NCBI RefSeq assembly: GCF_000148385.1
Contig: NC_014537.1
Location: 240,001-272,000, forward strand
Length of the DNA: 32,000 nt
Reading direction: 5' to 3'
Source: Vulcanisaeta distributa DSM 14429
GTDB lineage: Archaea; Thermoproteota; Thermoprotei; Thermoproteales; Thermocladiaceae
In this document: piece by piece, positions 16,691-25,076 of the stretch
Numbering within the stretch: position 1 is the first letter of the stretch
Layout: the number at the start of each line of letters is the position of its first letter
The notes under the pieces: model-generated
Told to the model about the DNA's origin: nothing
The model's input: only the letters and a program-made list of their open reading frames with translations
Databases searched by the model: none
Translations under genes and position numbers: made by a program

Positions 16691-18688
16691 GTGATGAGCA
16701 CGCAAATTAGGAGGGTCGCGGTGATAGGGGCAGGTACAATGGGCCACGGCATAGCGGAGGTATCCGCCCTGGCAGGTTATGAGATTGTGATGGTCGATGT
16801 ATCGCAGGACCTATTGAATAAGGCTCTGGAGAGGATTAAATGGAGCCTTGACAAGTTGGCTGAGAGGGGTACGATTAGTAAGGAGAAGGTTGGTGAGGTC
16901 ATGGGTCGAATAAAGACCTCATTATCAATTGCTGAGGCTGTTAAGAACGCTGACATAATGATTGAGGCTGTGCCGGAGAATATCGATCTCAAGAAGCAGG
17001 TATTTGCCGAGGCCGATGCAAACGCGCCCCCACATGCCATACTGGCTACGAACACGAGTAGCCTGCCTATAACCGAGATAGCCAGCGCCACGAAGAGGCC
17101 CGAGAGGGTTGTTGGGATTCACTTCTTCAACCCACCAGTCCTGATGCCCCTTGTCGAGGTCATTAAGGGTGCGCAAACGAGTGATGAAGTCGCCAGGAGG
17201 GCTTACGACTTCGTTAAGAGCCTCGGTAAGGAGCCAATAATGGTGAATAAGGATGTGCCTGGCTTCGTGGTGAATAGGATATTGGTGGCCCTGAACTCCG
17301 TCGCGTGTCTGTTGGTTGCAAACAACGTCTATTCGATTGTTGAGGTAGACTCAGCCGTTAAGTACAGGGCTGGCCTGCCCATGGGTATCTTCGAGCTTCA
17401 GGACTTCACGGGTATAGACGTTGGTTACCTAGTCGGCTTTGCGGTTGCCGTTAGGGACCCAATGCTTAGGGTTCCATGCCCATTGATTGAGGAGTTGTAT
17501 AAGAAGGGTTGGCTTGGTCAGAAGAGCGGCCGTGGTTTCTATGAGTATAAGGGTGGCCCGTACGAGAGGGCTAACATACCCAGGGAGGCCGGTGAGAAGG
17601 TTGACTTAGTACAAATATTCGCGCCTGCAATAAACATGGCCGCTTGGCTACTTAGGCAGGGCATTGCGTCAAGGGATGACATTGATAAGGGCGTTAAGCT
17701 GGGCCTTGGCTGGCCGAAGGGCGTATTTGAGTATGCTGATGAGTTTGGCATTGATAAGGTGGTTGAGGCGCTGAACCAACTATACTCCAAGTATGGCTAT
17801 GAATTGTTCAAGCCAGATCCATTACTCACGCAGATGGTTCAGGAGGGTAAGCTTGGTCAGAAGAGTGGTAGGGGATTCTACGAGTATGGCGCTGTTGGCG
17901 TGACTGAGTTTAAGGAAATAATACTAAGGAAAGAGCCACCGCTTGCCTGGATAATACTCAACAGACCGCAGAGGCTCAATGCACTAACCCTAACAATGCT
18001 TGAGGAAATAAGTAGGGCCCTCGACATGCTTTGGGACGATAAGGAGGTCAGGGTAGTGATAATCAGGGGCGCAGGTGATAGGGCATTCTCCGCAGGTGCT
18101 GATGTCACGTCATTCCAAGGCCCACTACACACGTACTACTTCTTCATTTACAACAGGAAGTTCCAGGAGGCTGTCAATAAGATTGAGAGGTTCCCCAAGC
18201 CAGTGATAGCGGCAATAGATGGCTACGCCCTTGGTGGTGGCCTGGAGATTGCCATGGCCTGCGACTTCAGGATAGCCACAGACAGGTCCGAGCTTGGCCA
18301 GCCCGAGATTAACCTGGGCATAATACCAGGCGCGGGAGGTACGCAGAGGTTGATTAGGTATGTTGGCCTTGGTAGGGCCAAGGAGTTGATAATGTTTGGT
18401 GACAGGATCAAGGCTGATGAAGCCTACAGGATTGGCTTGGTCAACAGGGTTGTACCCAGGGAGAAGTTTGAGGATGAGGTTAGGTCATTCGCCATGAGAC
18501 TAGCCCAAGGCCCACCAATAGCGTTGACCTACGCGAAGTATGCCGTTAACTTCGGAACACAGGTGCCTGTCGACATTGGTATGTTGCTTGAGGCTGCGCT
18601 CTTCAGCATGGCCGTAAACACTAAGGATGCCCAGGAGGGGGTCATGGCCTTTGCCATGAGGAGGAGACCTGAGTTCAAGGGTGAGTGA
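16691..18688 (+). CDS. bifunctional 3-hydroxyacyl-CoA dehydrogenase / enoyl-CoA hydratase (HADH N-terminal, crotonase C-terminal)
   Basis: Rossmann motif VAVIGAGTMGHGIA; two 3HCDH_C-like repeats (LGQKSGRGFYEY twice); C-terminal crotonase motifs GAGDRAFSAGADV and DGYALGGGLEIAMACD. The start is GTG 16691 or ATG 16694. Confidence 0.9.
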   Translation: MMSTQIRRVAVIGAGTMGHGIAEVSALAGYEIVMVDVSQDLLNKALERIKWSLDKLAERGTISKEKVGEVMGRIKTSLSIAEAVKNADIMIEAVPENIDLKKQVFAEADANAPPHAILATNTSSLPITEIASATKRPERVVGIHFFNPPVLMPLVEVIKGAQTSDEVARRAYDFVKSLGKEPIMVNKDVPGFVVNRILVALNSVACLLVANNVYSIVEVDSAVKYRAGLPMGIFELQDFTGIDVGYLVGFAVAVRDPMLRVPCPLIEELYKKGWLGQKSGRGFYEYKGGPYERANIPREAGEKVDLVQIFAPAINMAAWLLRQGIASRDDIDKGVKLGLGWPKGVFEYADEFGIDKVVEALNQLYSKYGYELFKPDPLLTQMVQEGKLGQKSGRGFYEYGAVGVTEFKEIILRKEPPLAWIILNRPQRLNALTLTMLEEISRALDMLWDDKEVRVVIIRGAGDRAFSAGADVTSFQGPLHTYYFFIYNRKFQEAVNKIERFPKPVIAAIDGYALGGGLEIAMACDFRIATDRSELGQPEINLGIIPGAGGTQRLIRYVGLGRAKELIMFGDRIKADEAYRIGLVNRVVPREKFEDEVRSFAMRLAQGPPIALTYAKYAVNFGTQVPVDIGMLLEAALFSMAVNTKDAQEGVMAFAMRRRPEFKGE

Positions 18689-18746
18689 GTTATATAGTAT
18701 AAATAGGAACATTACTTAAAACAATCTCTTTCACTATTCTCATAGT

Positions 18747-19088
18747 ATGTCAGAGGATCCCTTTGAACTACTAAACTCAATGACCCAGCAGGCATTACCA
18801 AAAATAGCCAGCAAGGTCACCGGCCCCGTTAAGGTGTTTCAATTCACCGGGGAGGGCTACGAACCATTCTATGTGGAGATTGGGGGAGGTACCGTGAAAC
18901 TTACTAAGGGTACCCACAGGTCGCCAACGGCCACGATACAGGTAAATAAGGATAACTTGTTGAAGATGATTAAGGGACAACTCGATGCCATGCAGGCCTA
19001 CTTCTCGGGCGCCATTAAGGTAATGGGCAACATAATGGATGCGGCGTCCCTCATAGATATAATAAATACGGCCCGTAGCTCACGATAA
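18747..19088 (+). CDS. SCP2 sterol/lipid-carrier domain protein
   Basis: 113 aa. The C-terminal LDAMQAYFSGAIKVMGNIMDAASL is typical of the SCP2 fold. Confidence 0.7.
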   Translation: MSEDPFELLNSMTQQALPKIASKVTGPVKVFQFTGEGYEPFYVEIGGGTVKLTKGTHRSPTATIQVNKDNLLKMIKGQLDAMQAYFSGAIKVMGNIMDAASLIDIINTARSSR

Positions 19089-19199
19089 TGACTTATAAGT
19101 GTGTAAATAACATATTAAAAATTACGTTTTTCATAATTTCATCACAATATTATAAATAATGGATATACTTTTATTAACACCAAAGTCATTACTTGCCAT

Positions 19200-20156
19200 A
19201 TGAGGATATTAGTTACCATCCCACTTACGGATCCAGACGTTGGTCCGCAGGCCATGAAAATGCTAAGTGAGGTTGGTGAGGTTGATATAAAACCGATGAC
19301 AACTGAGCAATTGAAGGATGCAATACGTGATTACGATGCGGTAATAGTCAGCGTCTGGCACAGGGTTACGAAAGACGTAATCGATGCTGGTAGGAACCTT
19401 AAGGTAATTGGTACTGCGTCCGTGGGTACAGACCACATCGACGTTGAGTATGCCGAGGGCCGGGGCATTAAGGTCGTTAGTGCGGCTGGCGCATCGACCT
19501 ACAGCGTGGCTGAGTTCACGTTTGGTTTATTGCTAATGATGGTTAAGAGGATCCCCGAGAACATGGGCAGGGTTAGGAACGGTGAGTGGAGTTCATTGTT
19601 GACACCGGGTATTGAATTGTTCGGTAAGACCCTGGGCATCATAGGCTTTGGCAGGATTGGCTCCTACGTGGCCTCGATAGCCAACGCCTTTAGGATGAGG
19701 GTTCTTGCCTACGACCCGTTTGTGGATAGGGAGAGGTTTATCGAGGTTAATGCAATCAGGGTTGATAACCTTGATGACTTGCTTAAACAGTCTGATTTTA
19801 TAACGATACATACATCATTGACCAGAGAGAGTAGGGGCTTGATCGGTAGGAGGGAGGTTGGGCTTATGAAGGATGGCGTCTACATTATCAACACTGCGAG
19901 GGGTGAGGTTGTTGATGAGAATGCGATTCTTGAGGGCTTAAAAAGCGGCAAAATAGCTGGTTATGCTGCGGATGTACTCACAGGCGAGCCACCAACCGAG
20001 GACACATCGCCATTACTAAGGGCGTTTAGGAGGGGTGAGGTCTCGAACCTATTCATAACGAGCCACATAGCCGGGGTCACGAGGGAATCCGTTAAGAGGT
20101 ACACGCTGTACGTGGCTAAGGGCGTTAGGGATGCGTTAATAGCGTTTAAGAGGTGA
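19200..20156 (+). CDS. D-isomer-specific 2-hydroxyacid dehydrogenase (PGDH-like), NAD-binding
   Basis: GIIGFGRIGSYVA dinucleotide motif, and the catalytic-region motifs INTARGEVVD and SHIAG. Confidence 0.85.
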   Translation: MRILVTIPLTDPDVGPQAMKMLSEVGEVDIKPMTTEQLKDAIRDYDAVIVSVWHRVTKDVIDAGRNLKVIGTASVGTDHIDVEYAEGRGIKVVSAAGASTYSVAEFTFGLLLMMVKRIPENMGRVRNGEWSSLLTPGIELFGKTLGIIGFGRIGSYVASIANAFRMRVLAYDPFVDRERFIEVNAIRVDNLDDLLKQSDFITIHTSLTRESRGLIGRREVGLMKDGVYIINTARGEVVDENAILEGLKSGKIAGYAADVLTGEPPTEDTSPLLRAFRRGEVSNLFITSHIAGVTRESVKRYTLYVAKGVRDALIAFKR

Positions 20157-20166
20157 GGGGATAGCC

Positions 20167-21864
20167 ATGGTGACTGGCGGTGAGGCGATTACTAGGTCCC
20201 TGATTGAGGAGGGTGTGGATACGGTATTTGGCTTACCAGGGACGCACGTGTTGGGCCTATACGCGGCACTTCATGATTACCGTGATAGGATAAAGCACGT
20301 GCTTGGGCGCTTTGAACCAAGCATGGGTTTTATGGCTGATGGCTATGCGAGGGCCAGCGGTAAGGTTGGTGTTGTCATCGCCACAGCAGGCCCGGGTGCA
20401 ACGGGCTTGGTCACACCACTTGCCCAGGCATCGGTTGAGGGAGTCCCAATAGTGGCGCTTGTCGGCTTAACGCCAATAAGGACAGCAGGTAGGGGTTACT
20501 ACCATGAATTTAGAGACGTAAATGCCCAATTGAGTATTTTCAAGCCGTTCACTAAGTTAGCCGTTAGGGTTGAGGACCCCCGGGAAATACCCAGGGTAAT
20601 GGCTAAGGCCTTCAGGACAGCTAAGGAGGGTAGGCCAGGCCCCGTCTACGTGGAGCTGCCTAGGGACGTGATTGAGAGCGAAACGGAGTGGATGGGCTAT
20701 ACTAAGGAGGAGCCCATAAGGACTAAGCCAGATCCAAGCCTAGTGGAGTTGGCTGCTAAGGAATTACTAAATGCTGAGAGACCCATTATCTACGTTGGTG
20801 GTGGCGTGATAGCCGCAAATGCGAGTGACGCGCTCATTAAAGTTGCCGAGGAGTTAGGCGCCCCAGTGGTTACCTCAATCATGGGCAAGGGCGCAATACC
20901 CTTCGACCACCCACTACATGGCGGCTTAGCAGCGGGTTACTTCGGGGATACGGTGGCTGTTAAGCTTGTTGAGAAGGCCGATGTTGTGCTTGCCATAGGG
21001 ACTAGGTTTAGCGAGTTGGGCACCGGCATGTGGTCACTGCCAATAAGGGGGAGGCTAATCCACGTTAATATTGATCCTAACGACATCGGCAGGAATTATA
21101 AGACAGACTTGTCGATAGTCTCCGATGCCCTGGAATTCCTCAATGCACTATATGATAAAGTTAGGAGTAAGGGACCTGGTAGGGATAGGGGAATTAAGTT
21201 AATCAATGAGGTTAAGGCCTCCGTTGGTAATCAACAACTTAGGGAACTTGGCTATGATGAGTCCAGGATAAACCCAAGCGACCTAGTTAGGGCTCTTGCC
21301 CACGTACTTGATAACGATATGCGTGAGGGAAAGGCAATAGTCACCTGCGACGCCGGTGGTAATCAAGTTGCCATGTTTGAGTTGCCAGTCTACAAGCCAA
21401 GAACCTACTTCAACCCAGCGGGCTTTACGTCGTTGGGCTTCGCAATACCCGCGGCTATTGGCGCAAAGATTGCTAGGCCCGAGGCGACAGTAGTCGCCAC
21501 GACAGGCGACGCGGCATTCTTCATGACGGGCATGGAGATAGCCACAGCCGCCGAGTTAAACCTCAAGGTTGCCTTTGTAATATTTAATGATAGGGCCCAG
21601 GGAGTCCTAAAGCTACAGCAGAGGTTCCTCTATGGTGGCAAGGTCTACGCATCGCACACATACCCCATGGACTTCTGCAAGTTCGCGGAGTCCCTCAATG
21701 TAGGCTGCGTTAGGATTAGCGACAGGAGGGAGCTTGAGCCTGGGCTTGAGAGGTGTATTTATAAGTCGGGTGGGCCGTGTATTGCGGACGTTCTCGTGAA
21801 CCCGGATGCCGTGCCAATTCCAATAACTAGACAGTTAATGGCAATCTTTGGCAGGAGACGATGA
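20167..21864 (+). CDS. thiamine-diphosphate-dependent enzyme of the acetolactate-synthase / oxalyl-CoA-decarboxylase / 2-hydroxyacyl-CoA-lyase superfamily
   Basis: N-terminal PYR domain (GFMADGYARASGKVGVVIATAGPGATG) and C-terminal ThDP motif TGDAAFFMTGMEIATAAELNLKVAFVIFND. It starts 10 nt after the 2-hydroxyacid DH gene. The subfamily cannot be assigned by eye. Confidence 0.85.
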   Translation: MVTGGEAITRSLIEEGVDTVFGLPGTHVLGLYAALHDYRDRIKHVLGRFEPSMGFMADGYARASGKVGVVIATAGPGATGLVTPLAQASVEGVPIVALVGLTPIRTAGRGYYHEFRDVNAQLSIFKPFTKLAVRVEDPREIPRVMAKAFRTAKEGRPGPVYVELPRDVIESETEWMGYTKEEPIRTKPDPSLVELAAKELLNAERPIIYVGGGVIAANASDALIKVAEELGAPVVTSIMGKGAIPFDHPLHGGLAAGYFGDTVAVKLVEKADVVLAIGTRFSELGTGMWSLPIRGRLIHVNIDPNDIGRNYKTDLSIVSDALEFLNALYDKVRSKGPGRDRGIKLINEVKASVGNQQLRELGYDESRINPSDLVRALAHVLDNDMREGKAIVTCDAGGNQVAMFELPVYKPRTYFNPAGFTSLGFAIPAAIGAKIARPEATVVATTGDAAFFMTGMEIATAAELNLKVAFVIFNDRAQGVLKLQQRFLYGGKVYASHTYPMDFCKFAESLNVGCVRISDRRELEPGLERCIYKSGGPCIADVLVNPDAVPIPITRQLMAIFGRRR

Positions 21865-21906
21865 TACCACATTTGTTTTTAAAGATTCATTAAATTAAAA
21901 TTAATC

Positions 21907-22953
21907 CTAGTCCCACTTAACAATGGCCCTGGCGTGGAGTCCCTTCTCTAAATTTTCATATGCCTCATTTATCTGCTCAGGCGCGTATACGTGGCTGACC
22001 AACTTCCTGATGTCCACCTTGCCTGAAGCCACTAATTTAATTATCTCCGGTAAGTCAAGCCTAGGCCTATAGCCCAGGCTTCCTATTATCCTAATGCCAT
22101 TCACGACAAACGGCAGTATGTTTACGCTAAAGTAGGACTTTGGACCACCAAGCCCAGTCACCACTATCGTACCGGCCCTGGCCACCACCTCCATGGATAA
22201 TTTAAGATCGGGCTCAGGCCTTGCCTCATGAACCACATCAGCGCCGTCTGGCAGTATATCCCTTATCCTGCTTATTGGATCCTCCTTACTTGAATTTATC
22301 ACGTGAGTAGCACCGAGCTCCCTAGCCTTATCTAATGCGTAGTCCCTAACATCCACCGCAATTATCGGGTACGCACCCATGGCACTGGCCAGTTGAACAG
22401 CCGATAAACCAACACCACCAACACCAATAACCACTAGGCTTGTGCCGGGCCCAACACCAGCCTCCCTCAATGCGTGGTATGCAGTGCCGTATGCACAGGC
22501 AATTGGTGCGGCGTAGTAAACATCAACACCCTTCTCCAGGGGTATAACGGCTATTTCAGGGACTGTTATGTACTCGGCATGGCCACCGTTAAGCCCCACG
22601 AGGCCCGGCATTCGGCCCGCGGCCGCTGGGCAATAATTCTCCTTACCACTAGCGCAGTACTTGCAGATGCCGTCTGGGACAATCCAGGAGATGATGACAG
22701 GGTCACCCTTCTTTAAGCCCCATGGATTCTTAACATCGGGCCCGAAATCCTCAACCCAGCCCGAAATTTCATGCCCAGGTATAAATCCCTGCCTAACCGG
22801 TCCAAAATCACCCTTAAACAGATGCAAGTCACTATGACATATGCCTGTGGCGGCAACCCTAACAAGTATCTCGCCAGGTCCCGGCTTTGGTGTCGGTACC
22901 TCCTTAATCTCCAGGTAAGGCTTATTTGGTCCCTTAATTGTAGCTGCTTTCAT
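21907..22953 (-). CDS. zinc-dependent alcohol dehydrogenase (MDR family)
   Basis: GICHSDLH, GHEISGWV, structural-Zn cysteines CKYCASGKENYC, and the NAD motif VIGVGGVGL. Confidence 0.9.
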   Translation of the reverse strand: MKAATIKGPNKPYLEIKEVPTPKPGPGEILVRVAATGICHSDLHLFKGDFGPVRQGFIPGHEISGWVEDFGPDVKNPWGLKKGDPVIISWIVPDGICKYCASGKENYCPAAAGRMPGLVGLNGGHAEYITVPEIAVIPLEKGVDVYYAAPIACAYGTAYHALREAGVGPGTSLVVIGVGGVGLSAVQLASAMGAYPIIAVDVRDYALDKARELGATHVINSSKEDPISRIRDILPDGADVVHEARPEPDLKLSMEVVARAGTIVVTGLGGPKSYFSVNILPFVVNGIRIIGSLGYRPRLDLPEIIKLVASGKVDIRKLVSHVYAPEQINEAYENLEKGLHARAIVKWD

Positions 22954-22994
22954 ACTTCATTTTAGGTTATTTCTTGGAATTTTAATTTTGCTTA

Positions 22995-23017
22995 TATTTA
23001 GATATTTAGATTTTAGA
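22995..23017. repeat. tandem 8-mer TATTTAGA x2 plus TTTTAGA
   Basis: Units at 22995-23002, 23003-23010 and 23011-17, upstream of the ADH promoter (minus-strand gene start 22953). Confidence 0.7.
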
Positions 23018-23059
23018 TCATGTAATCAATGAGTGATCATGACTCGAACCGGGGATATA

Positions 23060-23075
23060 AATGGTTTAATGGTTT
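23060..23075. repeat. tandem 8-mer AATGGTTT x2
   Basis: 23060-23067 and 23068-23075 are identical. Confidence 0.7.
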
Positions 23076-23106
23076 AAATTATTAAACATTACCTTATAAT
23101 TATTGC

Positions 23107-23637
23107 TTAGTCTATGAACTTTGTCGGCACGTTTCTCGTGGTATTTGCGAGCTTTACGGCAGCCGATGAGTACTGCATTAGGGTTAGGAAGCTTCCCTTC
23201 TTCACCTTAATCTTTCTCGAGAGTAATGATGAAACTGGGTCAGCCTTACCCAGGATTAAATCCTTCCAGAGTGAGTATGTGGCCTCCAGCACGAAGTCCG
23301 CATCCACCTTTCCAATCTTTATATTGCCCGGCAACTTTATCTCCGTCGGTAAATTAACCGGCAAGTCAATATAGAACTCACTGCCCTGGCACGTCCCATT
23401 CCTAAGCACAAGCTTTATCGCACCGGAGTCAACCTTGACCCCAAGGTCCTTTGGCTTAGGTAATCCAAGGATTTCCGACAACCTATCAACCACGTTCTCA
23501 GGTATGTTCGTTGCAACAAAGGCCACATCCCACCTCCAGTCCTTGGCAGCCTCCCTATACTCCTGATTCTCATTTATGGCCTTACAAAATGCCTCAGCCC
23601 ACTGCGGACTTGGATATATAAAGCCCTCGCTTGACAT
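23107..23637 (-). CDS. SCP2-like lipid-carrier domain protein
   Basis: The C-terminal ADPVSSLLSRKIKVKKGSFLTLMQYSSA resembles SCP2. I trimmed the start to ATG 23637 (MSSEGFIYPSPQW), because TTCTTTAATA on the minus strand lies ~29 nt upstream. The I/Y/N-rich 42-codon extension in the ORF track is AT-rich promoter DNA. Confidence 0.6.
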   Translation of the reverse strand: MSSEGFIYPSPQWAEAFCKAINENQEYREAAKDWRWDVAFVATNIPENVVDRLSEILGLPKPKDLGVKVDSGAIKLVLRNGTCQGSEFYIDLPVNLPTEIKLPGNIKIGKVDADFVLEATYSLWKDLILGKADPVSSLLSRKIKVKKGSFLTLMQYSSAAVKLANTTRNVPTKFID

Positions 23638-23685
23638 ACATATTAAATACATACCTTTTGGTATTAAAGAATTATTGATATAAAT

Positions 23686-23726
23686 GCTATATATTATAAT
23701 TAATAAATTAATATATAATATATAGC
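23686..23726. promoter_or_regulatory. 13-bp perfect inverted repeat with 15-nt spacer (operator candidate) in a divergent promoter
   Basis: GCTATATATTATA (23686-23698) pairs perfectly with TATAATATATAGC (23714-23726). It sits between the two TATA candidates of the SCP2-like and ACAD genes. Confidence 0.5.
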
Positions 23727-23732
23727 AGTTAC

Positions 23733-23742
23733 GTTTAAAGTA
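23733..23742 (+). promoter_or_regulatory. TATA box candidate for the acyl-CoA dehydrogenase gene
   Basis: GTTTAAAGTA is centred 26 nt upstream of ATG 23763. Confidence 0.5.
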
Positions 23743-23762
23743 TCTACATATAATTAGTACCA

Positions 23763-25016
23763 ATGAGTTATTTAGATCTTGACAGATTAACCGAGGAGGA
23801 CGATTTGATAAGGCGTAACGTGCATAAGCTTGCTGAGGAGGTGCTTAGGCCATTGTCCATCAAGGTTGATAGGATGGACCCGAGGGATAGGGTTGCGCCT
23901 GGGTCTCCATTGTATGATGCCATTAGGGAGATGAAGAGGATGGGCCTACATAGGATTCACCTGCCCAAGGATCGTGGAGGCCTTGGGTTAACGAACCTAC
24001 AGAGGTACATAATCGATGAGGAGCTTGGTTGGGCCAGCCTGGGCTTTGCCACGCTCATTGGCGTTGATGCAATACCATTCACAATAGCCGCATTATTTGG
24101 TTCAGAGAGGGTTAAGGAGGAGCTGGTCAAGCCCTGGCTTGAGGATACGGAGGGTAGGTACATTGGTTGCTGGGGCGTTACTGAGCCCGAGCATGGTAGC
24201 GACTACATACTGGCGTTTAGGGATAGGGAAGTTGAGTCCTTTGGTAAAGGTAACGTGGTCATTGAGCGCGATGGTGATGAGTGGGTCATAAACGGCCAAA
24301 AGTCGGCCTGGGTCTCAGCAGCGCCGGTATGCACCCACATGGGTCTACACGCCCAGTTAAGGGATGGGAGAAGCCTCAGGGATGGCGCATTCGTAATAGT
24401 GCCGCTCAACCTAAGGGGCGTTAGGAAGGGCGAGCCAGTTGATATGCTCGGCAATAGGGATTGCCCACAGGGGCCCGTGTTCTTCGACAATGTGCGTGTG
24501 CCCGACGATTACGTGATAGCCCAGCCACCATTTTACGAGTTATTCTCAGACCAACTTCTCAATCTAACGAGTGTCAACATGGGCGCATTCTCCGTGGGCC
24601 TCGCCAGGGCGGCCTTTGAGGAAGCCCTAAAGTACGCGAGGAGTAGGATACAGGGTGGTAAGCCATTGATTGAGCATAAGAACATTAAGTTGAAGATTTA
24701 TGAAATGTTTGAGAGGGTGGAGACGGCCAGGTACTACGTTAGGAAGGCCATGGACTTCGTTTACACCAAGTTCTTCGTAGAGCAGTCCTTCACAACACCA
24801 CCCAGGTATGCAAGGGCCGCGCAGGTGTATGCTAAGAAGATAGCCTTTGAGGTTGCCCATGACGCGCTACAGATATTTGGTGCCTATGGGCTCAGTAGGG
24901 AATTCATCATTGAGAAGTTGTTTAGGGATGCCAGGGCATTGCTTATTGAGGATGGCACGGTGGAGGCACTGAGCCTTGATGCTGCTGATGACATTATACT
25001 AAACTATAACTTATAG
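23763..25016 (+). CDS. acyl-CoA dehydrogenase
   Basis: GCWGVTEPEHGSD, INGQKSWVS, C-terminal QIFGAYG and RDARALLIEDGT. GTTTAAAGTA lies 26 nt upstream of the ATG. Confidence 0.9.
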   Translation: MSYLDLDRLTEEDDLIRRNVHKLAEEVLRPLSIKVDRMDPRDRVAPGSPLYDAIREMKRMGLHRIHLPKDRGGLGLTNLQRYIIDEELGWASLGFATLIGVDAIPFTIAALFGSERVKEELVKPWLEDTEGRYIGCWGVTEPEHGSDYILAFRDREVESFGKGNVVIERDGDEWVINGQKSAWVSAAPVCTHMGLHAQLRDGRSLRDGAFVIVPLNLRGVRKGEPVDMLGNRDCPQGPVFFDNVRVPDDYVIAQPPFYELFSDQLLNLTSVNMGAFSVGLARAAFEEALKYARSRIQGGKPLIEHKNIKLKIYEMFERVETARYYVRKAMDFVYTKFFVEQSFTTPPRYARAAQVYAKKIAFEVAHDALQIFGAYGLSREFIIEKLFRDARALLIEDGTVEALSLDAADDIILNYNL

Positions 25017-25076
25017 ATTGTAATAAATTATAAATAGTAACAATGCTTAAAATAAAATTTACATATTTAAAGGCAT

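Noticed and set aside
17513-17887. 36-nt near-repeat (CTTGGTCAGAAGAG.GG...TTCTA.GAGTAT) 339 nt apart
   Set aside because: It is explained by the tandem duplication of the 3-hydroxyacyl-CoA dehydrogenase C-terminal domain (LGQKSGRGFYEY twice), a known architecture of FadB-like proteins.
19086-19191. 9-nt inverted repeat TAATGACTT / AAGTCATTA spanning the spacer upstream of the 2-hydroxyacid dehydrogenase gene
   Set aside because: The match is short and lies in AT-rich DNA ~90 nt apart. It does not extend beyond 9 bp and is compatible with chance.
23041-23055. tRNA gene or split-tRNA half on the minus strand (TCCCCGGTTCGAGTC)
   Set aside because: Only the 5' T-stem and loop are present. The sequence after the loop (ATGATC) cannot pair to close the T-arm, and no acceptor, D or anticodon arm can be drawn. 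I keep it only as a low-interest possible relic.
23638-23763. 42-codon N-terminal extension of the SCP2-like ORF (MVLIICRYFKRNCYILYINLL...)
   Set aside because: It runs through the AT-rich divergent promoter and the 13-bp inverted repeat, and its composition is unlike the rest of the protein. The internal ATG 23637 has a TATA box at the right distance.
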